A stretch of 64,000 bases of DNA from Oscillospiraceae bacterium (GTDB lineage Bacteria; Bacillota; Clostridia; Oscillospirales; CAG-272), in assembly GCA_015063645.1 (NCBI GenBank), contig SVTS01000002.1, forward strand, positions 5,141 to 69,140, given 5' to 3'. Of this stretch, positions 63,405 through 64,000 are shown piece after piece. A program made the position numbers and the translations under genes. Below the pieces are notes generated by a model, which was given only the letters and a program-made list of their open reading frames with translations, made no database searches and was not told the DNA's origin. How positions within the stretch are numbered: the first letter of the stretch is position 1; each line of letters opens with the position of its first letter.

Positions 63405-63557
63405 TAAGTTGTTAATAAAATGTTATAAAAAATTGAATTCGTTCATAATTCCGGCTGAAATGGCTGCTGTGTCTTGCTTTTGCCGCATCGGCGCGCTATA
63501 ATATACAGAGAATGTCGGGCGGAATTCTGCCTTGGGACGGAGTCGTATATCGGATTT

Positions 63558-64000
63558 ATGATCTACACGTTTGAAACCTATTTCGGCGATGGTGATCGGC
63601 CGCGGATCGCGGCATCCCCATCCTGGCATAACCACAAAATGAGCGCGCATTCCCATACGTTCTGCGAACTTGTCTATGTGCTGGCTGGATTTTCCCTGCA
63701 TGTTTGCGGATCTCATTCCACGCTGCTGACTGCGGGGGATATGTTTCTTATCCCGCCCGGCGTCGAGCATACTTACGTCAACGCATACAGAAACGGTGTA
63801 CTGAATTTCATGTTCTGTCCCGAAGATCTGGCAGATGTGCTGGATACGGAGGATGAACTGCCGGGGATCCGGGAGCTTTTTACCGGGGATAATCCCGGAG
63901 AGCCGGTGATTCTGCATGTGGATATTGCCGAGAGGCGTTCTGTGCAGAATACGTTTGATGCGATCCGCGCGGAGCGAAGTGCACGGCATCCCGGATGGCG
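63558..64000 (+). CDS. AraC-family regulator, N-terminal cupin part; 3' end lies outside the window
   Basis: The frame is open from the ATG at 63558 to the window edge (not in the ORF track). HSHTFCELVYVLAGFSLHVCGSHSTLLTAGDMFLIPPGVEH is an AraC-type cupin. A TTGCTT-17-TATAAT promoter lies at 63475-63501. Confidence 0.55.
   Translation, partial: MIYTFETYFGDGDRPRIAASPSWHNHKMSAHSHTFCELVYVLAGFSLHVCGSHSTLLTAGDMFLIPPGVEHTYVNAYRNGVLNFMFCPEDLADVLDTEDELPGIRELFTGDNPGEPVILHVDIAERRSVQNTFDAIRAERSARHPGW

Overview
The window is a 64-kb chromosomal segment from a moderately GC-rich (roughly 55%) Firmicute. It is most likely a Clostridia/Oscillospiraceae-type gut anaerobe, judging by GGAGG ribosome-binding sites, a split MetH, SLH/cohesin/dockerin proteins and dispersed GC-rich palindromic intergenic repeats. 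Every protein call comes from reading the supplied translations and recalling family motifs. No database search was run. The layout has three parts. (1) 1-19.7 kb is a housekeeping block: Y-family polymerase/YolD, metF plus split metH, transporters, corA, azlCD, smpB, a nitroreductase-pentapeptide fusion and tmRNA (ssrA). (2) About 19.7-41.4 kb, directly downstream of ssrA, is a compositionally patchy accessory region. It holds AraC, a BNR/sialidase-like protein and an orphan solute-binding protein; an IS3-family element with a 3-bp target duplication; a very AT-rich orphan membrane protein; a minus-strand operon (SBP, membrane-anchored LuxR-type regulator, transglutaminase-like lipoprotein, unknown); a five-gene block of unknowns; a truncated 5'-nucleotidase remnant; and a dockerin mini-protein with a 1112-aa cohesin/Big_2/Cys-His-rich/SLH anchor. 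(3) 41.4-64 kb holds a four-gene membrane-associated module (SPFH protein with four tandem zinc ribbons, zinc-ribbon membrane protein, TPM-domain protein, XpaC-like protein). It also holds a LysR-controlled locus, recG, rsmA, glyQS, rplS and a CNNM/AI-2E transporter pair preceded by a leader ORF that contains an intrinsic terminator. It ends with a tiny ORF made of a signal peptide plus a sortase-type sorting signal behind a consensus promoter. I found no CRISPR array, rRNA, tRNA, integrase or recognisable defence gene. The best candidates for something undescribed are the SPFH/Zn-ribbon/TPM/XpaC-like module, the SBP/LuxR/transglutaminase operon with its neighbouring unknowns, the minimal cohesin-dockerin pair, and several cis-regulatory signals. 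The cis-regulatory signals are the leader-ORF attenuator, 23-bp repeats flanking lysR, and a promoter/leader motif shared by azlC and recG.
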